Assembly (NCBI GenBank): GCA_050084515.1 | Contig: CM114271.1 | Coordinates: 8,184,001 to 8,248,000 of the forward strand | Length of the DNA stretch: 64,000 nucleotides | DNA from: Blasia pusilla | Taxonomy: Eukaryota | Reading direction: 5' to 3' | Shown: piece after piece, positions 49,054 to 64,000 of the stretch | Position numbering within the stretch: the stretch's first letter is position 1 | Layout: every line of letters begins with the position of its first letter | Program-made: the position numbers and the translations under genes | The notes under the pieces: model-generated | What the model saw: only the letters and a program-made list of their open reading frames with translations | Database searches by the model: none | Told to the model about the DNA's origin: nothing

Positions 49054-52000
49054 CTCAAGTTGTGGTAATTTACAAGATTCTCCATCCAAAGTCATACCAT
49101 CAGTTGCCCGTTTAAGAAGACCGTCATCTTGTACAACAACTTTCACAATATCTGGTATATGATTCATTCGTAGAAGCTCAGATAAAAGACCAACAATACG
49201 GGAGTTCACACTCCATACAGACTGCTGGCATTGTCCACTATCCTTGACAGTCCATGGTTGAAGCTCTGTCTCCGCCTACCTCCCAGGGACAACCACCAAA
49301 TCACCAGGTTCAGGTGACAATTGTTCTTCAAACCATCCCCTCAAGTTTTCCATCTAGAATTATTTACGTACCCAACCTTGAGCAGAAATTTCATTCGTAG
49401 CTTATCACATTAGAGTAAGTCCATCATGAGCCAGGTTAAAGAAATCTTCTCCACTAATGATAAATTCCTGCCTCTCCTAGTCACCAAAACGACATGAGCA
49501 AATCTCACATAAGAAGTGCGATTTTTCACCTGAGAGAAAATGATTTTTCACCAGATAGCTGAAAGACTGCATAGAGCATCCACCACCTGATTGAAGATTG
49601 AATGGAGTAAATGTTAAAACACCTGTAGAGAAAAAATCATCCTTGTTCCCTCCTTGTTCCAAAGCCAAATAGCTTGACCGACTCACAATCACAGTGGAAA
49701 TAGGCTAGACTTATATGCTCAGATAAAGATAATCGACATACAGAAACGAAGAATGGTTTATGGAAATGCGCTTAGTGTAAAAAAAGCGCACCTGAACCCA
49801 ACCACATTCCATAGAACTTTGTTCACTACCCCACGGGATCTCAGGGGCTACAACAAGCCTCTGAAACAGTAATGCAGCAGGACCAACCGCCAGGTGCTGT
49901 TTCGCGATTAAAACACACTTCAGCGACTCATTGCTATTTAGACCATTGTGTCTCTCCTTGCATAGAAGAGATGCCACATCGGTGGCTTCTAAGGGAAATT
50001 CCGTTACGTGGTCTTCAACATGACCATGTACCCTTCACCCTTCGTCATTCACTTCAGGAGTACCTTCACTTTTACAATTAGTAGGTTTCTGAGATGTAGA
50101 ATGATTGAGTAGGTTTTCACTCGAAGGCTTCCCAACCTGATCTGAATCTCTGGAAAATAGTTTTGAGCGTTTGGTCATGTTCCCTGCCATGGCATGATCT
50201 GTACTTCCATACCCATTGTTCCCCCGAGTTGCCAAGGACACTAGATCACCATTCCTTTCTATTGCCGATAGTACTGCTGACGCTTTAACACATGTACCTG
50301 GATCCCATTTGCACCTCATAATTCCTGTCAAAGAATGCAGACATGCTCTTGAATGTCCGAGTAGATCTGACATGTGCGCAGCAACAACTGCATTTCCCAG
50401 GATTTCATTTGTCGTACTGCTGTCAGCATTTTGGGTTCCAGAAGGGCCAGGTGAAACAACTAAAAGCAGTTCTAGGATCCCAAGGAGCCTCTTGGTATGT
50501 TCCACCACACTAGTAACACCGAAGGGGAAGCAACTAGCCAACACTGACGAAGATCTTTGAGGGTCCTGGGGCCCTCCATTGCCGACAATTGGACCTTCGA
50601 TTTCCACTTTCGCCATTTCTGCTGAAACTGGCTTTGGAATGGTAAAATATGCTGGAGAAAACGGAAGTAGTTGGACCTCACAAGCTAGTGCACAAACTGC
50701 TGCAATGACGTAAGAGTCAAAAGTTGCCACAGCACCTCGCCGTTTGTTCACCCCTTCGCACAGCGGCCTGCACAAGTACTTGTCTCCATGCCTCCCATCT
50801 TCCATGAATGACAAGCTCCCAATCATTCCATCTTCCAGCAGTGGTCTTGATTTGTTTAGCCATATGGCATCATGGGACAGACAGAGACTGAGAGCACTGG
50901 AAAGCAATTGTGCTGCAAGCTTAGGTGAGAGAAAGGTCTCTGTGAATAAGCAGTGAACCATAGCGCGAAGTTCTGCCATACCAACACTCTTAGCACCAAT
51001 TCCACCTGCCCTAGATTGTGAACTTTCAACTATTCCATCCTTCTGTTGCTGAACTTCACCATAAGGGAATGTTCCCCTCAAAATGCCTTGTACCGTTGCG
51101 GAAAATATCCGCCTCAAGCAAGCCTGCGATGGGCCGTCAGGTGGAAGGTATTCTATTATCCGGAAAAGAGCTCGCAATACATTCCATGACAGCACTGGGG
51201 GCTGCAGAGGAGTTGATAATAACAGCTCAGGTAGGCCAACTGTAGAACTCAATGGACGCAATCCATAAGCTGACTCCCACAAAGCACACATGCGCCGTTC
51301 CACATCTGGTCCATGCTCAACCATCAGTGCTGCTAAGCCTTTAGCAGTTGCTTCTTCATTTGCTTGGGCTGCAGCCGCCTTTGCCTATAGAAAACATCTC
51401 CAGTCAGCCATAAAGACATGGAAAGCTATACCATCATAGAAAACTAAGTCCAATAAGTAAATTTTCTACAAATACCTTTTGGACAATCAGTTGGATAAGT
51501 TGCTAATTAATTATCTCCTGGAATACTCTCATGATTACAGAATCAATAATGAATGTTGTTAAGATTCACACATGTGAACTCTATGATGTACCCTTGCAAG
51601 ATGCAGCCTAGGAAAATGTTCAATTACTTAGTTGAGATGATATGGTAACAACTATCAAACCTCACCTCTTCTGTATTCGCAGGCAGGCTTACAGACCCAT
51701 ACAATGATCGCGTTGCAAACACCCCCTTAAATTGTGAAGGAGGGGAGAAGAGCAACACAGGTTGAGAGAAGATGTGAAAGAGGAGTGCTGCGGCTGCATC
51801 TGCAGCAGTACCTGACCTCTTAGCCAAAGCAGCACCAACTGGCCTCAAGAAGTGAATGTTCAACCAATCTGGAGGGAGCTGCAATAAGAGAAACAAAACA
51901 CTTTACTTTTAATACTGTTAGACACCATGATGTTCACTCAGAAGAAAAGATTAAGAATCTTACTGCAGAAACTAGATAAGTCAGGATAGGAAAGGGCCCT

Positions 52001-55000
52001 GTGACAGAGAAAAACTCTGACCTGCCAACAACACTACTATCAAATTACCATCAATAAACCTGAGGTCAAGGAAACGAAATGTCTGGTTTCATGTAAAGAT
52101 TACCATCTATAGCCTTTCCACATTCGCCTAACTATGCTTCATCTCCCTGATTCAGAAAGGATATGGGATTCTATCCAATGCCACTTGAAAAAATCAACAA
52201 GATCTCCGCACAGGAATGCTAGGTGCACAAACCTAATTCCACAGTCTTCAAACAGAACAACTACTGAAATAAATGATAGAAAGACTGCAACATCCTCCTC
52301 CAATACTGTTTCAAGACCAGACTTAACCTTAAAATCCAAGCTTACCTGCACAGCAGAGTTGTAATCATCAGCTGCCCTTAATAGCTCTACTAGCCCCACA
52401 GCAACTACCAGTGCATCTGGAGACCAAGTAGGAGGAGCTTCCAGAAGGCCAAACAATAGTCTCTGTGTTGCTCCTGGCGTTGCAACAGCATAATATCTGG
52501 AACCTCATTCCGAAAGTGTATCAGACCAACAGATGCCAGAACCACAGCACAATGATCTCAAAGCTGAAGCTAGCACACACAGCAAAGCTCTACAAAAGTC
52601 TGAAATTTCATAGTAAGAACCTGCCTGTGAAACAGATGCGCGTACGGTTCCAAAAGAGGCAGCCCAGACACCATCAGATGCTCATTTGGAGCTGTTGGAG
52701 GAGGAATCAAAAGAGCAGGAACAGCTGCTGCAGTCAAATCTGCTGTCTCGTGGCGGGCTACTTCATCATCACAAACACTCAAGATAACTGCAGCACCATT
52801 GGCCACAGCCCATCTCGGTGTTGATGGTAAGAGCTGCGGTTGTTTCCCTTGACTCTGTCCTCCAACTGTTATCATGAAACACAGAACAATCATTCTTTGT
52901 AACACATTTACTCACCCCAATTGGTCCCAAACAATTTCACAGGGTGCCACCTTCATTTTACTTGAACTGCAAAGCATGCGTTCGGTAACTAGCTTGTACC
53001 AAAATAAAATATGGCCATACTTCAGTCATACAAATGACATTCATCACAACTGACTTTGAGGATCTAATATTTCCCAGTGATGTCTGACACACCTTCACCA
53101 GATTGGAACACTTGGTAAACCCACAGATCTTTAATGTGACAACATGCACTAACAAAATATTGTGTGTACCTGTCGTTGGAGGCCTCAGCTCTTCTCCAGC
53201 AGCATACTCACCCATTACACCACCACACCTTCACAAAACCCAAGCCATACATTACAGGTTAGATTTAATGCATGTCTTCTAGAAAATTTGGTGATTGAAA
53301 TGGACCACCATGCAAAGCCAACAGAACACTAACACCACAATCAATCCAAGCATTGAAGAGAAGATCAACCAAATCTTCTGCTCTTGAACTTTCACACACC
53401 ATTGAAAGTAGTCACTACGTATAGATAGATGGAGGCGCAGCAAGAAGACTGTCTGTGATCCAAGGAGTGAGCAGCCTCGTGGGCGACCTTTCCTGTTTTT
53501 CCCAGCCAGGTCCCTCCTGGTAACCCTTCCCCGGACCATCTCCACTGGTGCTAGGACTGTGATTACTTCCTGAGGGTTGCCCATTGTCACTCTTGAAGGT
53601 GGGACGATTGTAGTGAGTCAGAACTCTTAAAATTTCTGCACAAGCATGGGCCCACTGCTCTGAAAACTCCCTCTGCAAAGATAGCAATAACAGGCAGCTT
53701 TTAATAAAGAACCTCATAAAGTTCTTCAACACACTCATCTCTAATCCCTAGATGAATCAGATAATCCGAGGTACATAAGTAATCTACAGCAAGATCTAGG
53801 AGTGAGAGTGACCCAAACAGAAGAGAGAGCACTACAGAGATCTAAGTAAGAAATAATTGTCAAATGAAGTGCTACAATTGATGCTGCAAGCTTCATAAGT
53901 ACTCTCTACTTTTAAAACAAAACCCATCTATTCAGTGACATGTACTCATCAGTGTTTCAAACTAGACGCTGGTTATCAGAATCAACCTAGCTACTTATTC
54001 GTCGCCTAGGATATCAATATTGCCATACATCTTGTCCAACTTTCCTGTTTTTTTCCATGGACTGATTACAACTTCCATGCACATAATGATGAAACTAAAG
54101 AGGTTAGAGGTAAGAGATCAAGACATAAGTAGAGAGACCCCTGAAGTGGAGCTCTGCCTGAATTTCTTTAGTAGGAGCTGTCATTGGGGGTTGGACAACC
54201 ATGGGTCCCAGGTACTGCATAGTTCCCTTCATGTACTTTAAACTCAAATCAGATTTTCTACATGTAGCAAAAACGTGGATCATGTTTGGCATCCACTTCC
54301 CAGCATAACCATGTGCCCTAGTTCGACAATCTAAGTAACTGATACAGGTGCAGGGGTGAATAAGTGCAATAAAAGAGGAGGAAGGCCTCCTGCTGTAGTG
54401 AGAGACAGTACACCAAGAAGGGCATAAAGTAGCTTGCTATTTCCACTCAGCTGAATGCTCAACCTTGACTGACACACATGCATATGTAACAACTTCACAA
54501 TTTGAACTTCCCCCAAAGTAGACATCAAAGCACTCAGGAAGATAAGTGGTTCAAGGAGTTCAATGCTAACCCTTTGGACTCTTCCTTAAGAAATTTATAG
54601 TTAGTAAGCTTATTAACTTTACTGAGACCTTGTTTTCCACAAATGCCTACTTAAGAAATGTCAAATACTTCTCATACTTTTGTATAATTTCATTCAAATT
54701 TTGAGTACCATTTCCTTATCCTTTGTTTCATAAATTTTAGGAAATAAGAACTTTTGGCATGGTATCCTTTATCATCGAGTTCGATGCTACAGCAATCTCT
54801 ACAGAGTCCAATCTTCTCTTTACGTGGGCAGAAACTTTCTTCATTCCCACTCTAGTCCAGGCAGTCTTTGAAGCTTCCTAGCCATCATAAAATACTGAAA
54901 GGCTTGTCCAGTTGATCCCTCAACATTCCTAAAGTATCTTCTTCTCAAGTATCCCTTTCCTGTGGTCTACCAGAGTCAGGTAATAAGCACTCTGCCCTGA

Positions 55001-58000
55001 GCCCTGTAAGGATCCCATAAGAGAGAGATATGGCCATTGTGCAACCATTATGACAGACTCTTGCAAAAATCTTATAGCACACTTTCAATTAACACTTTGG
55101 AAGTACTATCTGCGATCACAGTACCAGTTCTTCCAACAATCAAGAGAACTGCCTTTAAAGCTTCAAAGACTCTTGCAGATGGTACTCACGAAGTAGTGTC
55201 AGTCTTATACATGCAGCATTAAACTTAGAGCTTGAATCTCTTCCAGAGAACAGAAATCCGTCTCAAACTTCGCTACTAAAACGTTTTTGAATCACAGTGG
55301 AACTGCCTCACATGCCAGTTTTAAAATCAGTGCATGATATTACAGATCATCCAGTGCTTTCCTGCAATCTCTTTTTACGTGGAAAGTTTAAGTATGCCTA
55401 TATCACAATCTGGCCACAGGTTGATCAGCCCCATAGTGACAGTCATAAGTTCCATGACCATAGACTGTTCAGACATGCACGGATATCAGACTGTGCCAGG
55501 ACCCAAGAAATTATAGCAGAACATAGGTAGGCCCACCTCAGAGGCCCATGGTGTCATGGGACAATAAATCCTCTAGACATTCTACTCAAGGTCACAATTC
55601 TGGATAGAAATTTAGTTATTTGAACCTGCCCCCTGAAGGATATTGCAGCACTCACAACTTAGAGGCAACTTGTTTAGTTTGGGATTGTATTTTATATACA
55701 GTGCCTCTCCATCCACCCAGGAGAGCACATAGGTTTGACTTCACTTCCCAGACCAGGCCCCTCAATTCAGACTTACCTGACCTTCACAGGATAATTCTGT
55801 TTTTGATATAAAACAATATCTACATGCAGTGCATCTTCATAAACCCGGAAGAGCACAGAGCCTCCAGCTCCACCCCACATAATTTAGGTTTATGTGGACT
55901 ACCCATCGGAGACAAGCTGTAAAAGTCTTCTCGGCACATCTATCGAGTAATCCAACACTGAAGTGGAACTCTCAATGTTCACTCTGGTATGTCCTCTGGA
56001 TGTGAATAAGATCCCAGTGGTGTTGTAAGAACTCTACCAGCAACCTACTGATATAAAAACTAAGCTATTTGACCCTAATTCCTACTGGAAATGAAAGCAC
56101 TCACAGTCAGGGTGGCACCCTGGAATAGTTCAGATACCCTTCAAAGTATTCTCAGAGACTGTACTCATTAAGTACCAGCCGTAGCCTTGTAACCATAGAC
56201 ACATAGATAGCATCTTGAGTAGGTGAAATTTGGGTTCACGTCCAGGACAGTGTGTAGACTAGCAAAGTATGAGACATACCTCAGTGGATGGGCTGAACAA
56301 AGACACGAACGATCCAAATGGAGGAGTCTGCTTATTGTATATCACAGTGCCATCAATCACGCAAGAGAGCAGTGCATGAAGAATAGCATGTCCATGTTCC
56401 GGGTGGTGAAGAACAAAAAGTTGCTGCAAAATATCCAAACCACAAAATAACACATAGCAGCAACCCAATTAGGAAAACATGGCCCCACCCAGATATCCCA
56501 TCTGTTGCACTACTACCAGAAAGCTTACCAATAAAACAATTACAAGCTGAACATTCTGAATAGAGCACATTCACACTAAAACTTGGGGAAAAGTGGAATG
56601 CACTTACCCAGGACATCATCGAGAAGACAATGCTCATTACTTGGATAGTGGCCACGTACTAGCTGCAAAAGCGAAAAATATTGGAAGCAAGTGAGTGACC
56701 ACCCACAGAGGAGCAGTCGATCAAACTTCTTCAAGTTTTGTAATGCTGGCTAAATCAAGTGTCAAGAATGCCAACTGACAATTCTGAGGCAGTAGCCCCA
56801 AATGTGGACTCAGAGATTCATCTGAGCACTCAAACTTGAACTCAGAAGCATGGCTAAAAGGAACACACTCCCCAATATCATCCACAAATGAATCGGATGC
56901 AGACTGTCCAAAAGCTCCACATAAGCCAATATTTCATTCTGTGTCAAAAGCCATTAGTACACATTCAACATCAGTACTTATTCTAAACCTTATGTACCAA
57001 AACTCAGCTATTTGTTACTTGCACAGAAGACTTGCTCCATGCCATGAAGGACAAAAGGCACATTATCAGGACATGTGTTACTTGAAACAACTTCAAAGTT
57101 TGAAAGGAGGTGGAAGTATAAGTATTAAGGTCATGATGACTTATGCTAGAAGAATGTCTGGCTTGACCTTCATCAAAAGCAATAAGACATCTTAACTTGA
57201 ACTTTGGCATTATGGACATTATCTCAATACACATACACAGCTGATCTCTTGACAACTTCACAACAGCATATGCATGATTATAAAAGATCCCACTAAAATG
57301 GTTCACCAGTCAGTGGTCGTTCCACTGACTGATAAACCTGCCATGAGAAGATTTTTTATGGGACATAAAGAAAAAGGTTGGAAGGCCATGTAAATGTATG
57401 CTAATGAATTGGTCAAGTTGAATCCTTGGACTAGAAATCTGTAGTATGCAAGAGTGAGCAAAAGGGTATCATAACCAGGAGTTTCTAAGATACAGGAAGC
57501 TATGTTCCAATACACCTGACTCAAGAACTACACCAAGAATAGATCTTCAAAACATCAGACTTCTGTAGGATTAGGAATCTTCTGTTGGGTATTAGCCATT
57601 GAAAACATGAACAAAAACCTCTATTGGATAGCAAATAACATATCACATTCACGAAACCTCTCTCTGGAATTGGTAAAACTTGGGAGGAAACTGTGAGGCT
57701 GGAGAGGTTCATGAGGTCAAATTGGCAAAATAATTCAATACGCTGCATATCTCCTGGTATCTCCTGTACCAGGAGATACAAGTTGTCCCAAACATAATCA
57801 CCCAAGTCTGGAATGTTGAAGCTTTTCAAAGACATTCCTGTAATAAAAATCGCTGTTTACTCACAGACTCCACAGCAAAGCTCCCGAATTACCAGAATTA
57901 TCAACATGCTTTAATAGTTGCAATACACTTGGAAAAGGTACCTACTTCAATAAGATGGGGAGCACAGGAGCTACAAGTTGTCTCAATCTCATAAACAATC

Positions 58001-60440
58001 ACTTAGGTCTAGATGGAAATTTCCAACCACATTACTGCAAAAAGCTTCAATCTTCCCTTGTAACTTCTCCTATGCACGTACTGTAATTCCAAAAGTGCAA
58101 CATGCGAATTTCCGCAACTTCACCTGGCATTTCCTACGCATGATCCCAAGAGGTATGGCAATTCCTCTAAAGCCATCAACCACATGGTTCATCCATGACC
58201 ACTCTTGGACTCTTAATCTCGGATATGAAATCAACAAAGAAGTTATCTCTGAGGAGAATGATTAAAAATCATTGGACGTCTTGCTTACACACTACAGTTT
58301 TACTCCCCGATGAGGCGATAACTGTGTGCTCAGACTGACTGAAACCGGCTGCCAGGTACAAGTTTGAAAAACTGAAATTGAACAAGTTCATGCATCAGAG
58401 AAACATGGAGACCTGTGCATGAATGTTAGCAAGAGCTTTAACAAGGATGGCAATCTAACTTGTTAAGCTCAAACGCCTTCTTTGCCAAGGACTTGCTTAG
58501 CATTTCCAAGGAACTTGAGTAGCCTTGCTCTTCTTTACATAGAGGTTATTGTAAGCCTCCATTTCTGAGAGTCAGGTGTCATGAATTTTTCACATTCTGA
58601 TCAATGACCATTCGTCGTAAGTATCCACATCAATATTACCCTTTTGACAGTTAAAATCTTAACCACCTCAACGGCTTGACAGAGGGTTTAAGGCCCAATG
58701 TAATTAGACAGGGCATTTCCAATACCCAATAAAAACAAAAGAACTATTACACACAGTTCCAAAGAAATAACAGACCATGTCCAAATCATGGCATCCCAAG
58801 ATAAATCCATATGAGGATTAAGAGACATTAACACAACTGTGCTCACCGATAATTTTTTAATAAAGCTGAGAGAAAAGCGGTGATATGATTAAACTCTGAA
58901 GGAAAAGAAATCTTTCAAACCGGAGGTTTCGGACACTGATGACAACAGATGATCAAGATTATTTTTTTTTCAAATTGAGCCACATAGGAATGTCATAGTC
59001 AACATCTCCATACACAAAGTTTGATATGACATTGGAGGGTTGAGATATTGAAACAGGGAGTGTTGATAGACCCCTTAAGCAAACAAGATAATTGCTTCTG
59101 CTTCCTTTCTTCAAGTCAGAACCAGTGCAACAAGACCTCCACAAGGCTACTTCATGACATTAGTGAGATTTATACTACCCTTCAATAACAAGAGTAAACC
59201 TTCACGAAATCAGAAGTTTGCATAATCTTTAGGGTCGCACTGTGAATAATACTTCTGCACATGCACTCATCTTGATGGTTAACACATAGTTGAATCTCAG
59301 TTGCAAGTCTTGTTGAAGCCTTCATTCTGTTTGATACCAGTTAAACTGGGTGATATTTCACAGGGTGGGACGTCCAGACAGCTCTAAATGTAAACAAAAC
59401 TGACGGAGCAACAGTGCTTGTAAGATCTTAAAGCGCTCAAAATATAATCAGGGCAACTATGCAGTGACCCCAAATCGTATACAGTTATCCATCTCAGGGT
59501 CCACAATCTGCATGTTGGATCATTCCGCCACGAATCATGAGCGTGTAATACCCGTCCGATAAAAAAATATCAGTCGACCGAAAACGAGACACTAGAATAG
59601 AGACGTAAGATACGTATAGAGCATGCTGTTCGGTAGCTTTCCCACCTCCTGGGATCCGCTGCGAATACTGACAGAAGGTCTAAATGTGGTACATGGCCTG
59701 CCCAGCAATTATTTAGCAAAGGAGTTGGAACACCAGGCACACGTCGCCACTGCAGACAAAACCATAGCTGAAGGATTCAGCAGCACATCAGGGTCACCAC
59801 TTGCGATCAAGTACACCGGCACTACACCCTCTATGACTAAACATGACGCCACAACACCATGAACGGACGTTACGCTCTTCAAGGCGTTCGTCGATGCTAG
59901 TCAACGTCAGATCATGCGTCACCTTCCGATCATGGAGCGGAACTCGACACCAGGTCCCTCCTGGAGATCTTCATGATCCAAATACATTGCACAAAGTCTC
60001 AGAAAAGACACACTCCTCGAACAAGGCCTTAAATGCCCGGCGACTTCCGAACGAATACCAGCATCAATTTGGCCCGGGCTACTTGGGCGTGGGTGCTGAC
60101 TTGCCTATTACAGGTAACTGGAATAACTTCACTCTGGCCTAACCAGTTCGTGAAAACATCTCTCACTGGACAAGACATGTCTCGCAGTCCGTTCTCGGAC
60201 ACTCTGGACTTGCATTACGTAATTACCCAGAAACTTGAAGGAGTCTTTTTATCTTCCAACTTGAGGAAGAGGAAGTCACTGAAGGACGACGTTGGCTTCG
60301 ACAACACAAAGAAGGCCCCGGCCACGGGCTTCCAAACTGTGTAGAACTCATCATACCTGTTTCCGTGAGGCACTTTCGGGCGGCGGCCGATACAGCGGAG
60401 TCGATTGAAGGCCAGGAAGCCATTTCTGCCTGGGTGCTGA
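49054..60440 (-). pseudogene. GI: Duplicated, 3'-truncated GIGANTEA (exons 1-12 only); as assembled it lacks the ATG and has frameshifts
   Basis: The junction lies 14 bp into intron 12. A 2-bp deletion removes the ATG at ~60441. 1-bp indels in exons 2 and 4, a 4-bp insertion in exon 5, and a damaged exon 11. Confidence 0.85.
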
Positions 60441-63400
60441 TAGGGCCAATCGCTTGAACACTTCAACGTTCTCGCTCCCCCTCTCCCTCTCTCTATCTCT
60501 CTGTCTCTCTGTCGCGTCGACCGCACAAAAACTAAGCACTTCACCAAATACCAATGTCCAACAAGCTGTGCACCTGTAATCCCCGCGCGCTTACACTGAA
60601 CCACTACATAGACCTGAACCGAAATCTCCACATTGCGCTCCTCAAAACGATCCACGAAACAATCCAAGACTCGACCCCTTGCTCAATCCCAAGGCCTGCC
60701 CAAGCGGACATCTTAAGATCCACCAAGCATCAAGCTCCTGGCTCCTTTCCTACATCCTCCTCTTCCTTCTCCCCAACATACAACCTGTGAACCTCACGTA
60801 CCTAGCCCCTACGCCAACCTTCCGCAATGCTCAAATTCTCCCTGCGTCCAAAACTCACGAGAACACTCCGAACGACCGCGCAACCTCCGCAACACAACGC
60901 CCCCCGATCCCTCTCTTTTGCTCCATTGCCTGCACCCTTCGACCAACCAAACCATAATCTGTCTCCTGGATGCACCCGACCCACACACGCCCGAGGTTGA
61001 TCTGGAAGAAAATACAAACCGGCCGCTGCTCTTCGCCGCTTCAACCTTCCTCTTCGTCAAATCCCTAAGACCCTTAACTCTTCGGTGCTGTGCTCGCCTT
61101 CCGTGTCTAGCATGGCGTGGCAGTGAGAGAGGCGCGGTGTTGCCGCTGCATCGCAGGAGGAAGACGAGAGCGTCGGAGCGAATAACCCCAACAAGGCTTT
61201 GGCAGGCACTGGCAGCGGTGCCAATGTGGCAGGGGCGAGGCGGACGTAGAAAGTGGTGATGATGAGCTGGCTGACACGAAACGACGAGCTACATGTGCTA
61301 CTCATTTTAGATAGGACTGATGAGAAGATCTAGATGGAGCATCGGCGAACTGCACCGCGACACGCGTTCATGATTTCGTGACGTGTCTCCCTACCCATCC
61401 AGATATTGATTAGATGCGGTTTGGCACCCACCTCAGCTTGTCAAACTGCCTCACCCGCTTGGCATTCTCTGCAGATATCTCGGCCGCGATCCCCTGTGAC
61501 TCCCCTCTGTCACGAGAATTCTTCACTAGGTTGTGATTGGATCCCATCCCTGTGACCTGTGACGACACCTCCCCACAAAATTCTTAACTAGCCCGTCATT
61601 GGATACGATCTCTGTGACTGTTCCCCACGCACAAACAAGCCTCCCAACTAATCCGACGTGACCATGCAATACACCATGACGACGCTGACCGATACACAGA
61701 ATATTCGGAGCATAACTACAGAAACGAGCGAGTATTCACAAAGGCGGCTGAAAGGCCTCCCGTAACACTCTCCTGTATCGAACTTCTGTCCTTACAACCG
61801 AGAGACACTCGCTACAGAGACACGTTCATGATCTCCCTTTGTCCTTACTGAACGGAGAGGGGAGGAGTAGCAGTCGCCAATCGCAATTCCTGTCCTGCCG
61901 TGGGTGTGCAATAGCGCTACCAGCAGCATTGTCGTCGGTTCGAAGGAGTGCAGAGGTGAATTCGACGACAACACTTTTGGATGGATGATCTATTTTCTTT
62001 TCTACGGAAGGTATGAGTGCTTCTCTGTCTGGACGACTGGCGATTTCACGGGATTGTTGCAACCGTGAAAATTGATTTTGCTGTAAAGCTTGTTCGTGTG
62101 GGGAGAAGAATGAAGACCTAATGAGAGAGCGATAGCAATGCATTCGAGTCCAACCGTTGTACTACTAGATGCATCTTCGAATCCTTCACCTCCTTGTAAC
62201 AGAGAGCATTGACGATGAATGGCAAAGGATGGCTGAATGACTAGAGCGTCTTGGGATCTCTCCTCACAGAAAATCAATATGCTGGTCTAGTATGTGATTT
62301 ACTGTAAGCAGCAGTCATCTCGGAAGGAATTGAGTTCCACAAAGAAGAGAAGTTGCGGTCTTGAACACCCGTTTTGATCTGAACGAAATTTAGGTTTATC
62401 AAATAGAGGAGGTCTTGCCCTTAATAATTGGCACTGCTGACAACCGTGTAGAGTTTGGCCTGACCATCGACTAACATCCAACGTCTCGGGAGACGCGGGT
62501 GCTCTGGCTGCCCCTCCCGTTCTTCGACTGGCTATCAAATCTCTTGTCAATCCGAGACACTTCCCTGCCCATCGTGTTCTCTTCCCTGGTGGATTCGATT
62601 TTCTTTCACGGTACTAAGCATGATCCGCCGAAGATAACCACACCAGCTTCCGATCCTGAAATGAAAAATTTAGTAGGATGGAATCTGAAGTTCAAAATCT
62701 ATTCGTCAGGATTCCAAGAAATGATTGTCGAAATCCGTGGAATCAGTCAAAGCAACCGGCTTGGGACTGGGAAATCGGACAGGTCAAAGAGCTTGCTAGT
62801 TCGTCGAAGCGATCCAACTTCCTCGCCATTTCCACCAGTTTTCAAGTTGTATGTGTGGACAACTGTTGTCACGATGAGGTGTTGGTCTTTTGAGAATTAA
62901 CACCAGTTTTTTGTCTGGGTTTCAAATATTTATGAATGTGCTACAGCAGGTTTAAATTACCCTTCATTGAAATGTGAGCCATTCCCAATTGCGGTTTTTC
63001 GTTTTGTAGATTTAAAACACTGGACCCTCTACTCTAATCCCCACTGTTTTCTGTAGTACCGAGTATGAGTACTTTTTCTCCAGGATCCTGAACCAAGTTT
63101 GCATGAAGCTACCAATGCCGAGAACTTACAGCTCAATGGGCTTATCTTTAGGCCCATTTCAGACACCGATCAATAACTAGATTCTGAGACGAGCTTCACA
63201 AATCAAATTTCCAGTTCCACCGTTGAAAAATTGCAAGCTTACATATCAGCTATGAGAAGCGTTCCCACAGTCAAATTTAATTGCTCTTGGTAACAAGTTA
63301 GCAACTATGCATATGGGCAACATGACAGGCCAATGGGACAAAGGGATGAGATCTACCTATAGTCAGTTTCTGCTACTCATGCCAATGTTTGAAGCACCTA

Positions 63401-64000
63401 TTTGGCAGTCTGTCTACCTCTTCTGATGTTTGACATTCCTCTATAGACTCAGGACGTTCGAGACTGAGCAAGGAAAACAGCGCGGAGTGGCTACACGTGA
63501 GAGCATACACATTTTCTGCAATAGTTTTTTGTCGACATGGATCAAACTCCATCTCAAGTCTCAAGAAAGTGTCTCTTGAGGCTCAAGTGTGTTAAATTTT
63601 GTGTAGAGTAGGACTCCGTTGGAGATCACGCATTCCTACGAGGCTGGAGGATTATACTAGTCAACCATGTGACGTGGTTATCTAAGAGCATCCCACTACA
63701 AAAAGTGGGGAGTAGGAGCGAAAATGTGACCGTACTAGACACTCTAAATAACAATGTAAAATGAGAGAGGCCATGGAACTTCGCTTGTATATGGAGCCAG
63801 GTAGATTTTACGAGGGATGGGTCCATGTAAAGAAGAACTAGTCCTTATGTTCGGGAGATGCAAGTTGAAAGCAATCAATCATCGAGTTGGTGTGTGATGC
63901 GAGGTCAAACTAATCCTTTAATCAACCAATCATCGGGTCGGCATGCTTATCCAAAGCAGCATCATAACATTCTTATCGTCAATCATACAATTTTTTATAC

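Larger units (their letters stand above)
33397..64000. repeat. Near-identical tandem duplication, period ~15.63-15.64 kb (33397-48373 matches 49040-64000; continues past the window)
   Basis: Identity starts at CAAAGAGTGCTTACC (33397 and 49040). The ORF track repeats with an offset of ~15627-15643. Confidence 0.95.

Overview
Land-plant nuclear DNA. It is probably a liverwort-grade or other non-seed plant, inferred from a divergent GIGANTEA gene. The window has three parts. (1) 1-19.8 kb holds two diverged, head-to-tail copies of a Mutator-like (MULE) DNA transposon. The + strand transposase has a GCM/WRKY-type zinc domain, a MULE catalytic core and a SWIM finger. A divergently oriented - strand accessory gene (10082->5747, now a pseudogene) encodes coiled-coil + ParB/Srx-like domain (WDGNHR) + the C-terminal half of a beta-class N6-adenine/N4-cytosine DNA methyltransferase fold. 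The non-coding parts of the element (intergenic spacer, the transposase intron and the larger accessory-gene intron) carry dozens of copies of a 27-29 bp palindrome, TGCAACCCGTCGGA-N-TCCGACGGGTTGCA. The older copy is interrupted by several solo LTRs. (2) 19.9-28.1 kb holds a decayed CRE/R2-type non-LTR retrotransposon with nested insertions and an intact 2-exon SKIP14-like F-box gene. (3) 30.5-64 kb holds a 14-exon GIGANTEA gene on the - strand, followed by a near-identical ~15.6 kb tandem duplication carrying a 3'-truncated GI copy (exons 1-12). Scattered small indels in both GI copies suggest unpolished long-read errors or a false duplication. All calls were made by eye; no searches were run.
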